A DNA stretch of 62,795 nucleotides, counting the filler, from Choristocarpus tenellus KU-1152 (Eukaryota > Protista > Phaeophyceae), in the NCBI GenBank assembly GCA_964200185.2. It is 13 parts of 13 records of this genome, joined end to end, with 100 filler letters (N's around TTAATTAATTAA, not from the genome) between each part and the next. Parts side by side here need not be neighbours in the genome. Positions count along the whole stretch, not along the records: positions 43,687 to 54,497 come from CAXNAD020002698.1; positions 54,598 to 57,741 come from CAXNAD020022007.1; positions 57,842 to 62,795 come from CAXNAD020012397.1; 10 more parts are not named here. One strand, 5' to 3'. A model generated the notes under the pieces. The model saw only the letters and a program-made list of their open reading frames with translations, had not been told where the DNA came from and did not search any database. Each line of letters begins with the position of its first letter. Positions within the stretch are counted from its first letter, which is position 1. The position numbers and the translations under genes are program-made. Of this stretch, positions 52,552-62,795 are shown piece after piece.

Positions 52552-53030
52552 TTATGCCTTCTGACATTTTGAAGATGTGTCAGGGGAAAAAACAATGAAA
52601 ATTATTCACATCTCAAAAAAATCCCTAAAGAAGTGACAGTTGTCAAAAATGTGAAAAACATGAACCTATTTGCTATTTTACTACCACCAATGCTGTACCA
52701 CTGCCTTCCTGTGTCTCCAACATAGCTATTCCTGCCCCTCAAGGTGAGGAGCTAGGGAGGCATCCCAAGAATCCAAAAAACCCCTCCGTGCCCATCTCTC
52801 CCTGGTGACTCCAGCTTAAAACGCATGACCCGTCCAGACAGGGCCACCTGCGTTGTTACAGAGACTATTTGTCGTAAGCGGGATTTGACTGCCCCTTTCC
52901 TGCGTAGCCTCCAGTTCCTCTCCCCCCTACTGCGTGTGTAGCTAGCTCATCCAGGAAACTTTCTGCGTGCTTACCGAGGCCTTCATTGTTTTTTCCCCTG
53001 ACACATCTGTAAAATTATAGAGGGCATAAT
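52552..53030. mobile_element. Third non-autonomous family (C) with ~48-bp TIR; single ends also at about 46648-46711 and 43214-43245
   Basis: TTATGCCTTCTGACATTTTGAAGATGTGTCAGGGGAAAAAACAATGAA is inverted at 52982-53030. Confidence 0.7.
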
Positions 53031-53382
53031 AAGAAATCCCTGAAATCAGTAGATATTCCTCAACATTCAAACTTACTATGTGCACACATGAGTTTACTCA
53101 GAGTACTTAGATTTTTTCTTACAAAATAAATAAAAGTGGATTGTGCTTTTACTTGCTCTATCATTGGTAGCGCCTCCACTTACACTACGAATTAACTCTG
53201 CAATAAGTGTACCTCTACACACAATTGGATGAGATATATACAGAGATGGCACATCCACAACCTTCCTCACAAGGTAACGAGCCTCTACACAGAGCATGTA
53301 TCATTTCCTTTGAATGCATTAAGGAAAAGCACAGTACACTACAGTATCCAACCTGCATCTATGCAGAGCACGCCATAAGATT

Positions 53383-53564
53383 GGCTCAAAGTATCTGGGG
53401 GGGGGGGTGGCGGGTGTCCATTTGGGGCCCATTTTTTCCATGTCGCAATTTTTTGGTGATTTGGTTGCATACGTCGGATGGATAATGTAAACGCACGTTT
53501 CCTGGTTTGGGGCCAAATGGACACCCTGGTGTAGACCCCCCACCCTCCCCAGATACTTTGGGCC
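53383..53564. mobile_element. MITE family A, complete copy in reverse orientation
   Basis: GGCTCAAAGTATCTGGGG...CCCCAGATACTTTGGGCC, TSD ATT. Confidence 0.92.
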
Positions 53565-54328
53565 ATTCATGACGCTGAATTCGCTGGTGCTCCAGTGCAC
53601 TGTGTCTCCCCTTCCCATACAAGTCTTCCGGCCTCGACACAGAGCACTACCTGAGAACTAACAATTCAATCAATTCAAGGTTTAAACACTGAGTATCACT
53701 TCTTCGTGGTATTACGAATCGAAATGATCTATGAGTGGTATAGGTACAAAAATCGGGTCGATATATTTTTGTCTCGATTATAATTGAACATGCGGGCAGC
53801 GAGGCAACCCTCCCTCTGAGTGGTGAGGGGTCCCACTTGAGGCGATTTCTTGAGACATTCTCTCCACTTCCGTGATCTTTCTTCCCACAACTAGATACAC
53901 TTTGATGTCATACCCGAGAGGCTTTTACCTGTATTGTGTGGTATGTTTTACAGAAGGAACTAAAGAGTTGTCATGGTATCACGGAATAAGATATTTTACA
54001 ATTCATTACTTGCTACGCTTTGATCTGTTTGTGGAGTATGTGCATGTGGCTACACATTGCTGCTACAGTCTTCAGGTGGTGTCTTTTCTGGTGCCTATCT
54101 TGCTTGCCTCCCATGCATCCATCTTCATCCAGGTGTCGTGAAGGAAGGCAGGAGGTGCACAAAGCCTTGGTCCAGCCTGCTCGTTTTGAGGTCAGAATTT
54201 CCCCAACTATTTAAGTACATGCGCTCTGAGTCTGCTTGTGTAGCAGGAATGTCCAAAATGCAGCAAGCAAGTTTGGCCAGGCACAGAAAAGTTGAGCTCC
54301 TTTCCTGCAACGACTTGATTGAGTGGTT

Positions 54329-54497
54329 TGTTCGAAGCATCTGGGGGGCGGGGGCGGCTGTCCATTTGGGGACAATTTTTTTATGTCGCGATTTTTGGGT
54401 GCTTTGGTTGCATGTGTCGGATGGATAACATATGTGTACTTTTCCTGGTTATAGCCCAAGTGGACGCCCTGGTGTGACCCAAAGTATCTGGGGGGGG
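54329..54497. mobile_element. MITE family A copy interrupted by the start of a second family A copy (from 54476)
   Basis: Family A body runs to ...CCCTGGTGT, then GACCCAAAGTATCTGGGGGGGG runs into the gap. Confidence 0.8.
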
Positions 54498-54639
54498 NNN
54501 NNNNNNNNNNNNNNNNNNNNNNNNNNNNNNNNNNNNNNNNNTTAATTAATTAANNNNNNNNNNNNNNNNNNNNNNNNNNNNNNNNNNNNNNNNNNNNGAT
54601 GTGGAAGCAACTGACATGATCTTTTCGAGCAACAGGTGT

Positions 54640-56170
54640 CTTGGGCAGTGAGAAGGTGTAGGAGTGATTACTTATATCATGCATCCTGGTGATCCTATGA
54701 ACAAGGGTCTCCGTTTTGGAACAACTGCCTTAGTATCGGCACACTAGTGTTCAATAGGATGTCCTTGTAGGGCACTGTGATCAGTGCGTTCCTCTTTGTG
54801 AAGTCCAATACACAGCACTTGAGAAATCAATTATGACTGTGGGAACAGAGCTTGACGCTGTGGACCTAGTGGAAAGTCCATGTCAAACAACAATATAAGA
54901 GGCCCCCAAGCGTATCGGCCTTGAGCATTCGAATCTTAATCTCAGGTGATATGCTTGCGGTTCCCGCCACAAAGCACTTGGTTTTTCTTTCAGAAACATC
55001 TCAAGCCGTTTTGGACCCGTCAGCTGATCTTGGAGTTGATATCATCATAACTCATTGTGCCTCCAAGGGTAACACACTTGTCAATCTTCTTACAGCTCTG
55101 CCCTGAGGCCAATATCTGCATAGTGCCTGCTGTCTTGCTTTTGAGGTCCAAGGCTCATGGTTTCTGTCAGATGCAGTCAGCCCTTGGCGAAGGGCTTGCT
55201 TGACCTCAAACAGTCCATACACTCTCCATCACCCATGTGGGATGTCTGCCCACATAACAATATGGATCTGACGGATGATATCTTTTTCTCAGGCATATCA
55301 AATTTGGCAATCACAGACCGCAAGAGATACAGGTCAACAGGGTCATTGATCTTCTGTTGGTCAATAAACCACATTAACAGAGGGGTACATAATTATCCTG
55401 TCCAAGCTCCTTGAGGGCATGCAGGGTCTACATAATGTGCAGCGTAGAGTCAGGCCGGGAACAACATTGTTCCTCGTGGTTATGTCCTCTCATTCCACGA
55501 ATACTCCCAGTCACCATTGGACAATCTCGAGAAGCACTCTGTCAGCATGTGCCACCAATCAGATGCCTCCGAAATTGCAACAATCCGTCCAGTTCTTCTT
55601 GTAGAGCACCTTGGAGATCATGACCTTCCAAACCTGGAGCACATCTTCCTGGTTCCACACAGTCAACAGCCCTGAAGGATAATCTCCTCGTTAAGGTCGT
55701 CGAGTTTCAGAATTTTCCACTGGGTAATCATCTGGTCAGCGGCTTCCTGTTTGCATCAGAACGGATTGCTTCTGCCACTTGCACAAACATCGGTACATCA
55801 GTGACTCTCACACAGGTGGGTCGTTGGTTGAAGGGTACAGCACAATTGGGGTTGAGATTGACCGAATTGTAGTTCAGGAGCACCATAAACTGTCGCACCA
55901 TTCCATAGTGCGTCCCTACCCTCTCAGCAGCCAGCCAAATTTGTCACAGATGTGTCGGAATTTAGGACTCTGTCATGTCCTCTCTGGATCGGTACAAGTC
56001 AACTTAATCCCCGTGGTAAAACTTCCCTGTGTGGATGTGAAGAACTCCTGCAACACAGATGCCTCAACCTGTTCTAAAGGTTTATCAGCAACCTTCAATG
56101 CCTTATAAGAGGCAGGGTTTGGGGGGCTTGTGCGTTGCTGTTGTTGCCACACACACTCCTTCCAAGACTC
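54640..56170 (-). mobile_element. Decayed non-LTR retrotransposon (RTE-like LINE) reverse transcriptase
   Basis: Across frameshifts it reads WNQEDVLQVWKVMISKVLYKKNWTDCCNFGGI*LVAHADRVLLEIV, FIDQQKINDPVD..LLRSVIAKFDMPEKKIS, FEVKQALRQG and IKIRMLKADTLGGLLYCCLTW, matching RTE-clade RT motifs. Confidence 0.85.
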
Positions 56171-56572
56171 CAAGAAACTTGTTCGGACTTGTTCACTTCC
56201 ACATCACCTTCTTGACAACACCTTTTTTGGCGAGGGTGGAAGCACTTACATAGCATGATTGAACAAGTGGGCCTTGTTTGAAGCTTTCATGGTGTTGACA
56301 TCCGACATTACACCTTTGCCCTTGCTCTTCCCACAGGAGTATTGCAGCAACCGCACCCACCGATCTAGTCCAGTCCTTGTGAGTCCAGCAAAACATGTCT
56401 CTTCCGATTAGGAGGAAAACGAAGACAAACCAGTATTGCCGACCACATGGGTGTATGTCCTCTACATTGCATAAACAAATTACTTTACCCCTCTTTTTAG
56501 CTCCAAATAAACAATGCGTAAATGAGCAGAGTACTTTTTGCCAACAGTCCTTGAACATCATTGTTCGCGCAG

Positions 56573-57083
56573 GTTGTAACCTTGTCTGCACAGCCACCCA
56601 CCTTGCCCTCACAAGGCTTATCGACAAGCACCACAAGAGCCTCGATGATGCGGGGAATTGCATCATCCGGCACGCGCATTGGCAGGTAAGAAGGTCTCGT
56701 GTTGACACGACCTACTCAACACATACTCGCTGAATACCAGTCACTAAGCAACTAACCGCACGGTCTTTAGTTTTGGTTTGTGTGTTGCAACCTGCATGTA
56801 TGGTGGCGGTGATATAGAGATTGCGCTCTAGCAATACTGGAAACCTACCCTGTTCCTCCACGAAACGCGGCGAAATGGGCTGACATATCGGCCTCACTCC
56901 CATCCCTCCCTCGCTCCCAACTCCCCAAACTGGCCAGGTCGACAACTGCATCTCAGAGAACAAGAACAATTTCTTTCTCGGATATGCAGGGCTGTTGGTC
57001 GCGGCAAGTGTCATTCGTGTGGTCGAGATACATTTTTTTATGGTGGGGCACACGCACATCAAAATCGATCAGATCTTCTCCAG
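56573..57083 (+). mobile_element. Sola-superfamily-like DDD transposase fragment, two spliced exons
   Basis: Exon 56573-56685 (GCNLVCTATHLALTRL...HAHWQ, donor GTAAG) joins in phase to 56938-57083 (VDNCISENKNNFFLGYAGLLVAASVIRVVEIHFFMVGHTHIKIDQIFSR, donor GTAAT). DNC..ENKN and GHTH..IDQ.FS are Sola-type catalytic motifs. The second exon is not in the supplied ORF track. Confidence 0.8.
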
Positions 57084-57176
57084 GTAATTAGGCAGGATAT
57101 GCAAGTTCGATAGCCACATAGTGTTTTTATACGGACAGATACTGCCTCGAGGCTTGCAGCTCACGCTTGTTGCATT

Positions 57177-57509
57177 GAGTGAAACTAACTTGGAGGGTAC
57201 GTATTTTTCCCTGTTTGTCCATTTGTCGGGCTTGGCTTCCCGTGGGTTTTTTTATGACATTTTCCGACTCCAAAATGTTTCGCAGTAGGTAAAATGCATA
57301 CATTTGTGGGCTTCCCTTGGGGTTTTTTATGACATTTTCCTTGTCCAAAATGTTTCGTAGTAGGTAAAATGTATACGTTATGAAAGGTATGTCCGAAACA
57401 TAGATATTGACACTTCCTAACAAACACTACAGCCAAAATTACATCAGAATCACAATTGTACTTTGACCCCCAAATGGACGCGGCTCTACCCTCTAACATA
57501 CTTTGGCTC
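57177..57509. mobile_element. MITE family B with an internal ~75-bp tandem duplication
   Basis: GAGTGAAAC...CCCTCTAACATACTTTGGCTC; flanks read as ATT/ATT or CATT/CATT. Confidence 0.88.
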
Positions 57510-58505
57510 ATTCATGGAAGGTTTATGGTCGTACGCTGTAATCGATTGATTGGCTTTTGAGAATGAATCCACAACGAAATTGAACGATAAGAGCAGCTGC
57601 CAAAACTGTTTCGTAACATACTCTCGAAACAAAACAGTGAAAAAAAATGTGCGCATCACCCAATTTTATAATATCTATACTTCCATATACATGCGTCAGA
57701 GCATGTGCCTGCATATATATGACTCAAAGTATTTGGGAGGGNNNNNNNNNNNNNNNNNNNNNNNNNNNNNNNNNNNNNNNNNNNNTTAATTAATTAANNN
57801 NNNNNNNNNNNNNNNNNNNNNNNNNNNNNNNNNNNNNNNNNGCCCCCTCACAAACCACCCCCCCTCCCAGATACTTTGACCCGGTACAGGATGAGAACAA
57901 CCATGTGTACGTGGGTACAGAGGTTGGAGGTGTTTAATGAAGTGCTCACCTATTGTTTCATGTTCCCGCTATGCCGGCATGAGGGGCAAACATGTGGGAG
58001 GAAGCTACCTTGTCAACCCTCTCTGTGTTGCATTCCCAGAGGTTGCTCCATTCACCAATTAGGGCACAACGGATCTATGCATGATGCAACAATTCCCGAA
58101 ACACATTGGGAGTGTTGTCTTGGAGAAGAGGAGAAGGAGGAGTATACAACATGAATCTCGCTTGCAATCAAAGTCATGGCAAGAAACTCGATAACAGAAA
58201 CAAGCAATTGTATCCAAAAATAGAAAAAAAAAAATGCGATAAAAGAGATGGAACAAATAGGGGGCGGGGCGTAAATGTGCAAAAAAAAAAAGTTAAAATG
58301 AATTGTAACAGTAAAATATATATATTAAGAGGCACTTGGATACGGCAAGAAAAGGTCTGTTTGGTGTACCGAGCAATTGTTTGGATATGCACAAGGGCCA
58401 AGTTGAAGTCCAGTAGACCACTCTTTTGTCTGACATTTCCTATTTTTCTTGCCCTCCTATCCTCCTATCCTATTTTTCTTGTCACTGCACTGCTTCTCGG
58501 TCCAG

Positions 58506-59135
58506 GTGGTATCTTGGGTAAGGGACCTAATTGGAGTTGGTGACGGAAGCACCAGGGATGGGGATAGAAACTCTGCTGGCGATGTTGAGGTTGGGAACTC
58601 TATGGGTGAAGACTTTGGAAAGAACACAAGAGAGTTGGCAAGCGCATCCTCCCTAGCAGATTTTGTGCGTCTCCTGGTGAATACTCTTCCCTCAGAGATG
58701 GAGAAGGTGCTCACAACATACAGCAAAGAGCAACCACTTCCTGATATGAGAGGGCAAGATTGTGCGATTATACAAGCCATCCAGGAGACCAAATTTTATC
58801 AGGAAGTTGCGGCGATATATCGACCTGGTGACTCTGGGACAGTGTGCTCAATGACAGAAAGCAATGGGTGCAGCTGTTCATTTTCCCATGCCCTTTCGGT
58901 GTTGTCATTGGCATGTTTGTTGCTGATACATAAGAAGGATCCACCACTTCAGCCAGCAACAGAGTTGTGTGTTGATCCAAGCAACGGGAGTAGTGGCATG
59001 AAGTGGCATCACGATCTCATTAATGGTTTACCACATATTGTGGCAAACGAGGTTAGGCATGTTGCCAGAATGCTCGAGGGCCTGGTGGACTTGGAGGAGG
59101 AGGAGGAGAAAAGGGGGAGTCGCCAGGAGACTTAA
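58506..59135 (+). CDS. Terminal exon of a hypothetical protein
   Basis: Pyrimidine tract and CAG acceptor at 58505, 209 open codons to TAA, protein-like composition. No domain recognised. Confidence 0.6.
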   Translation: MVSWVRDLIGVGDGSTRDGDRNSAGDVEVGNSMGEDFGKNTRELASASSLADFVRLLVNTLPSEMEKVLTTYSKEQPLPDMRGQDCAIIQAIQETKFYQEVAAIYRPGDSGTVCSMTESNGCSCSFSHALSVLSLACLLLIHKKDPPLQPATELCVDPSNGSSGMKWHHDLINGLPHIVANEVRHVARMLEGLVDLEEEEEKRGSRQET

Positions 59136-60659
59136 AAAGCAAAGTGTCAGTAGTGTACTGTTTCTACTGACATATGGAAAGTATTAGGGATTGAATCGCA
59201 CTTGTTGGATCCATGTCACAGTTTACACCAACACCGCATCGTGCATGGAGAGAGGTCCTAAGTGTTTGATTGGTTGGTTGTTGGCTTGTGCTCGACCAAT
59301 AATGTTCCAATCTTGTGTTTGTATCACAGCAATGTAGGGTGCTGGTGCGCATTCTTCTTCCAAATCTGTTTTTGTTTGGAACCATGGGTATCAATGGGGT
59401 GACTTGTAATCCATGACAGGGAGGTTCTCGTGGTAGGATTATAGAATGCATTATTATTGGGATTCATCCTCTGGGGGGTGTACCTTGTTGTGTCTTGCCT
59501 CTCATTCAGGTGTATGTGTGTATTATTTGTTCAAAGGATCAGTTTATCTAGTCATCTATTATTAGAGAATACAAATCTTCCTAGGTGCCTCAGTCATGTA
59601 TTCCCTTGATTGCAGCATCATGTACACTCTCACTTGTAGTTGTAGACCACTATGTGTGGCTTAACTAATTTCTGACTAAGCATTATGATAGCAACTTGCA
59701 TATCTCTAAAATGTTTGGCTAAATACAAACCAACAGTATCGCTATCCACTAGTCATCAGATGGCAAGCACACCTTGTCATCACACATGTCAATGCTTAAA
59801 TAAACAACAGTTTGCAAAATGTGAAGCATGTAAGTAGCTGTACAAGCACTGCACCTCTTGTGTCTCTATTGATGCATGAACTCTACTACTCTGTAAGGTG
59901 TTGAGCAGATGCTACTGTAGCGTTTCAGCTTACACCTGTACATTTTGGTCAGATCAGGGACGAAGGCTCATGCACTCACAGCTGTAGCAATGATACTCGA
60001 GGAGGAGAGATCACTTTGTTGGCTTTGGAGATACGGAGGTCTTCTTGACAGGCACATGAGATAGTTGCTGGGGAAAACGCTCACTCTGCACACACCACCT
60101 ACTGGAGGGTTATAATCTGTTCTCCAATAGAGATCAAAAGAAGAGCCACTAGGCTAAAAATAGGTATTGTTTTCTGTACCTCAAGGCAAATGTAGACACA
60201 GAAATTGCTGCTGTGAATAAGGGGTCGGTACTGTCTCCACTACGTGCAAGACAGAAATTCTCTCAAGTTGTAGCTGCATAGCTATGATAAGATACAAATC
60301 TACAAGTAAATATGTCCTAGAATACCTAACCATTTACAAAGATTGGCAGGTCTACTTCCCTTCAGGGACTCCCCCTTTACATTGGCTGGCCCCAAATGAT
60401 GAAATAGTTATACCTAAGTGCTCTGCACTTGGGTAGAGAGCCTGTTTCATGTCTAGCACGGGTTGTCCCCCCCTTACTCACATGTAGGAATATTGGTGTG
60501 CAGATCTTACCCTTCCAAAGGTAGCTATTGGTCAAGTTTGACTTCTAATCCTAAATTTGAAACGAACATATCACTTTAAAGGAAAGAATGAAAATAGGTC
60601 GGTTTCATCCAGCCCATAAAATATGTCATCTACTATATCTACACATGAATTGTGGTGCC

Positions 60660-61382
60660 CTACTTATCAAGCCTCTGTATATTCTTAGCTGCCTGTTCCT
60701 CCCGCTTCTCTGCCTTCAACTGACGAGATCGCATGGCGTTGCTCATATCGCTCCCAAGTCGGCTGAGTGCCTTCTTTTTAGTAATCTTGGTACTGCCCAG
60801 CATCTCAAGGGCTTTTGGGTTGACGACAGTATGGCTTGGGAGTATGTCCCTCGCCTTACTCTGGAGTTCCTCGTCACCAAGTACGTCGAGTGCTTTTGCC
60901 CTGGGCTTCTCCTTGATCTGCTCAAGCTCCTCCCGTGTGGTTGGATTCAATTTCATCATGTGCTCACAGTCTTTATATAAGATACTGGTCCGGTTGAGTT
61001 CCTTCTTCGGTAAGGTGTGAGTCGCCTCTACCCCAGATTCCTCCCGTAAGCTTTGGGTCTCCTGTAGATTGGACTCCTTCTTTATCTGCTTGAGCTCGTC
61101 CTGTATGCTCGAACAGGGTTGCTGATCATCCCCTTCCGTTTGAACTTCCTCTTTGACCAAGGATAGTAAAGCGTCCGCACCTCTTGTTCCCATAAATGAA
61201 TTTCCAAGGACATACACACAACCTTCAACCAGGGACTGACCTCGGAGACCTGGGAGGTCAGTGATCTCAATTTTCTTTACAGTAGAGTTCAGTTCTCGGC
61301 AACTTACAATCCTTTTGACCACTTCTGCCTCCCTGAGCCCCTCATACTTCTGTTGTAGAGTGTCCACATCCTCCTTGAACCG
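60660..61382 (-). CDS. Terminal exon of a charged, coiled-coil-like hypothetical protein with repeated KALxxLG motifs
   Basis: CTAACAG acceptor at 61383, 240 open codons, K/E rich. Confidence 0.7.
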   Translation of the reverse strand, partial: RFKEDVDTLQQKYEGLREAEVVKRIVSCRELNSTVKKIEITDLPGLRGQSLVEGCVYVLGNSFMGTRGADALLSLVKEEVQTEGDDQQPCSSIQDELKQIKKESNLQETQSLREESGVEATHTLPKKELNRTSILYKDCEHMMKLNPTTREELEQIKEKPRAKALDVLGDEELQSKARDILPSHTVVNPKALEMLGSTKITKKKALSRLGSDMSNAMRSRQLKAEKREEQAAKNIQRLDK

Positions 61383-62564
61383 CTGTTAGAGATGAACAGA
61401 ACATATGACGAGTAGTAGTAAGTTTGGGTATGTTCTCGGACATGGATGAAGCAAGGCCATTTGACCTCTCATTTCGTCAAGATGATACGGTAAACTTGTA
61501 TCTTAGATCCTTTGTGGGAGGAGTACTTTGGTGCAATATCTAGACGCTATTTATTTCAACACTTATATATCTCAATAAGTGATAGACGTGTGCGTCGACC
61601 CAAACAGGCGCACATTTATTAGGTGGACAATGATGTCTTCGTATTCCTCGTCACTTGGTACACGTTGTGAGTTATCATGATCGCCTGAGACGGAGACTCC
61701 TCCCCCCATATCGGGACACCCTGGGTGCTGCTGGTGCTGTTGTTTTTACGATGTGGTCGCCACGAATTACCTTCGACATAGTCACACCATTCCTACTCAT
61801 CAGTGTTTAAGTTGAGCGTTCGTGTACAACCTTAAGGTAAGGTTGATTAGATGACGTTACAATATGATAGAAAATTGTTTGGAAGGGGTTATACATGCTG
61901 AAGTATAGTAGTAGTCGTATTGATAGTAGTGGTAGGAACCTGCTACTACTACTACTATGTATTAAAATGATACTCTATTATATTAGAATGATCATAGAGT
62001 ATAATATTGAACCTAGAGTCCAAGATCAACAATTTTTTTTTGAACCTACACATGGGAAGTAGGTAGTGCGTCCCAATTTCGAGAACCTCCTTTTCTCTCT
62101 CTTAGCTATCTTACCTTGTTCTATGCTTGTACCCCACACATTGCAAGGGTGAGGGATGGGAGACGAAACAGGGGTTGTAGTCAAGGTGGGAGAGAAACAG
62201 GGCAGTAGTAGAAGATTAAAAAAGGAAACAAAAGAAATAAAAAACAGCACTCAGGGCGTGGAGCACCAAAAGCCAAGTAGGAGACACACGTATTAATTTA
62301 CTACTCACTCGTGGTACTTCTACCAAGTACAGCTGCAGTAGCAAGTCCGTTCCTAGTAGACATAGTTCCTAGGTTCGCCATAGGAGGTGGTACGCTATGA
62401 ATTATTACTTGGAACCCTTGTATAACAGTAGTATTATTCCCGTATGTTATCTACACGATCATAATACTACTACTACTAAAAATACTAGTGGACGAAAAAA
62501 TGGAAAAAGTAGTGAGTTGAACACGGGGAGGATTCTCTTCCTTCCCCAAACACACTAAATTTGT

Positions 62565-62759
62565 GCTTCAAAGTATCTGGCGCGCGCGCGCGGGGGGGGG
62601 GGTCTACGCCAGGGTGTCCATTTGGACCCTGACCAAGAGAAGGGAACTTGCGTAATCCGTCCGACGCATGCAACCAAATCACTCAAAATTGCAACATGGA
62701 AAAATGGGCCCCGAATTGACAGCCGCCACCCCCACCCCCACCCCCAGATACTTTGAGCC
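62565..62759. mobile_element. MITE family A, complete copy
   Basis: GCTTCAAAGTATCTGG...CCCCAGATACTTTGAGCC; TGT on both sides with a 1-nt offset. Confidence 0.88.
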
Positions 62760-62795
62760 CTGTGTACTAACCCATCCTATCTTTAGAGGGGGGGT

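Noticed and set aside
4638-57841. Recurring TTAATTAATTAA as a biological motif
   Set aside because: It is always centred in exactly 44+44 N, so it is an artificial six-frame-stop linker.
2874-62682. Recurrent short ORFs such as QSIWGGGG…PNGQPPPP and LGSVNI…GSQAPNGQTGQ
   Set aside because: They are translations of MITE families A and B, not genes.

Overview
Eukaryotic, intron-rich and transposon-rich DNA. Gene and element style suggest a stramenopile, possibly a brown alga or relative (inference only). The window is not one continuous locus: 13 pieces are joined by twelve artificial 100-nt spacers (44 N + TTAATTAATTAA + 44 N), so neighbourhood across gaps is meaningless. Supported host genes are a complete 8-exon glycine-amidinotransferase-like gene (36246-42732, minus, 446 aa, one GC-AG intron); partial WDR90, RCC1-repeat and PP2C genes; a FYVE-like protein with a long acidic region, two candidate LIR motifs and a C-terminal membrane anchor; and several orphan exons. 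Mobile DNA includes a decayed PIF/Harbinger element, a spliced Sola-type transposase fragment, a decayed RTE-like LINE, a pogo/Tigger remnant, two solo LTRs of one family with 4-bp TSDs, and two abundant, mutually homologous MITE families that differ in termini and apparent TSD length. The best leads are the amidinotransferase (possible guanidino or phosphagen chemistry), the MITE pair, the FYVE-LIR-tail-anchor protein and a CpG-decay signature in the solo LTRs. No rRNA, intact tRNA or CRISPR array was found.
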